In this document: piece after piece, positions 15,086-16,330 of the stretch
Layout of the letters: each line of letters starts with the position of its first letter
Position numbering within the stretch: position 1 is the first letter of the stretch
Assembly (NCBI GenBank): GCA_937886445.1
Contig: CALGBY010000119.1
Coordinates: 1 to 16,330, forward strand
DNA length: 16,330 nucleotides
Direction: 5' to 3'
DNA from: an uncultured Clostridia bacterium
GTDB taxonomy: Bacteria; Bacillota; Clostridia; Christensenellales; Aristaeellaceae
The notes under the pieces: model-generated
Seen by the model: only the letters and a program-made list of their open reading frames with translations
Told to the model about the DNA's origin: nothing
The model's database searches: none
Position numbers and translations under genes: made by a program

Positions 15086-15114
15086 ATCATATCATTCTTT
15101 TTTCACCCGTGCAA
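15086..15114 (-). promoter_or_regulatory. Sigma-A promoter of the nucleoside hydrolase gene
   Basis: On the minus strand: TTGCAC (15114-15109), 17-nt spacer, TGa-TATGAT (-10 at 15091-15086). Confidence 0.7.
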
Positions 15115-15200
15115 CCTGTTTCCAGCGGCGGCGTGAAGAATGTAGCGCGTGCCGTGTTCAATGTGCCGTGTGCCGGAAACACTCCGGCATGCAACTGAGA

Positions 15201-15310
15201 GTTACATATAGAAGCAAATAATTACAGCAAAGCAGAGCACAGGCATATGAAAGACATGTTCACGTTTATAATATGTAACCGCAGCAAACGAAAATCTGTA
15301 AAATGTAACC
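15201..15310. repeat. Inverted/direct GTTACAT half-sites in the AT-rich divergent control region
   Basis: GTTACATAT (15201-15209) is the reverse complement of ATATGTAAC (15271-15279). A third copy, AATGTAACC, sits at 15302-15310, 30 nt from the second. Confidence 0.5.
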
Positions 15311-15328
15311 AAATATATATAAAATCCC

Positions 15329-15357
15329 TTGACGCAGAAAGTATACAATGCTAAAAT
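15329..15357 (+). promoter_or_regulatory. Sigma-A promoter with extended -10
   Basis: TTGACG (15329-15334), 17-nt spacer, TGc-TAAAAT (15349-15357). Confidence 0.75.
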
Positions 15358-15406
15358 CTTACAGCGGTTTGAAGCCGCGAATAATCTTTCAAGGAGAAAT
15401 GTTACT

Positions 15407-16330
15407 ATGAAGAAACTGCTTGCTGTCGTAATCGCGCTGGTGCTTGCTCTGAGCATGCTTACCGCCGTTGCCGAAGACACTCAGGAAATCGAGATCGGTA
15501 CCTCCGGTATCGTGATCACCGTGCCCGCTTCCTATGTGGCCGGCGAGATCTCCGCTGAGGACACCGATGAGAACCAGGTGGGCTACTACAAGAGCGAAGC
15601 TTACCTTGTGGACTTTGACCTCTATCAGTGGGTCAAGGCGGACGGTGAGACCCTGGAAGGCATTGCCGCCGAAGAAGCTGCCGAGTTCGGCGCTGTTGTC
15701 GCTTCCTCCGAAGTGAACGGCATCACCGTGTGGGCTTACCTTGCTGTTGAAGAATCCGAAGGCGTTGAGTACAACACCGTTTCCTGCCTGATGGAAAACG
15801 GCGATATCATTGCCGAGATCGTGTTCTGGCTGGACGGCGAAGGCGCTGTAGAATTCGCTGACGGCATCATGGAAACCGTTGCCATCAAGGAAGCTGCTCA
15901 GATCACCGTGAGCGGCACCGAGATCGTGCTGGGCACCTCCGCCCTCAAGATCACCACTCCTTATGTGTACGCCAAGGGCGAATTGTCTGCCGAGGATACC
16001 GATGAGAACCAGGTGGCTTACTACAAGAGCGAAGAGTGCCTGGTGGACTTTGACGTGTACCAGTGGGCCAAGGCCGAGGGCGAGACCGCTGAGAGCGTTG
16101 CCGACGCGGAAGCCGCTGAATACGGTTCTGACGATGTGGCTGAGATCATCGTGAACGATATCATCGCTTACGGCTACTATGCCAACGAAGAATCCGACGG
16201 CGTGACCTATGAGACCTTCACCGTGATCACCGAGGACGGCAATGACTTTGTGGAGATCGTGTTCTGGCTGGACGGCGAGGATGCCGCTCTGATCATGACC
16301 GACATCGTTGCCACTCTGGCTCGCATCTGA
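15407..16330 (+). CDS. Secreted, highly acidic protein built from two tandem ~145-aa repeats (function unknown)
   Basis: AAGGAGA (15391-15397) lies 9 nt before ATG 15407; the ORF-track start 15329 sits on the -35 box. The signal peptide is MKKLLAVVIALVLALSMLTAVA|ED. The repeats share GE(I/L)SAEDTDENQV(G/A)YYKSE..LVDFD.YQW.KA.GET and EIVFWLDGE. The DNA repeat gagga(c/t)accgatgagaaccaggtgg occurs at 15557 and 15992, an offset of 435 nt. The stop TGA is at the last 3 bases of the window. Confidence 0.8.
   Translation: MKKLLAVVIALVLALSMLTAVAEDTQEIEIGTSGIVITVPASYVAGEISAEDTDENQVGYYKSEAYLVDFDLYQWVKADGETLEGIAAEEAAEFGAVVASSEVNGITVWAYLAVEESEGVEYNTVSCLMENGDIIAEIVFWLDGEGAVEFADGIMETVAIKEAAQITVSGTEIVLGTSALKITTPYVYAKGELSAEDTDENQVAYYKSEECLVDFDVYQWAKAEGETAESVADAEAAEYGSDDVAEIIVNDIIAYGYYANEESDGVTYETFTVITEDGNDFVEIVFWLDGEDAALIMTDIVATLARI

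Noticed and set aside
14905-15090. 61-aa minus-strand ORF in the hydrolase leader
   Set aside because: Its ATG lies inside the predicted -10 box (TATGAT), so it would not be on the transcript. It has no RBS.

Overview
This is a GC-rich chromosomal segment in Firmicutes/Clostridia style, with near-consensus sigma-A promoters (TTGACA-17-TATAAT type), GGAGG Shine-Dalgarno sites and intrinsic terminators. I support 13 protein-coding genes. In order they are: a 5'-partial soluble hybrid histidine kinase with two receiver domains; a GNAT-GNAT-SAM-methyltransferase fusion behind a long structured leader; a RelB/DinJ-ParE/RelE toxin-antitoxin pair; a GH51 alpha-L-arabinofuranosidase; a two-gene operon (XRE HTH fused to a desulfoferrodoxin-like metal module, plus a small degenerate GIY-YIG-like protein); an apparent four-gene operon (VanW-family protein, TetR regulator, FRG-domain protein, 86-aa double-glycine-leader peptide); a secreted nucleoside hydrolase with a ~180-nt leader; and a secreted acidic protein made of two tandem ~145-aa repeats. 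No rRNA, tRNA, CRISPR array or transposase gene is visible. The most unusual items are listed here. (1) A ~750-bp non-coding array (12999-13752) holds three ~205-bp multi-hairpin modules plus 37/38-bp tandem units, and its stems are preserved by compensatory substitutions. (2) The XRE-SOR-like regulator keeps all metal ligands but lacks the catalytic Lys. (3) The tetR-FRG-GG-peptide module is translationally coupled and has no processing transporter in the window. (4) Two long leaders of unrecognised class sit behind consensus promoters. All family assignments come from motif recognition by eye, and no searches were run.
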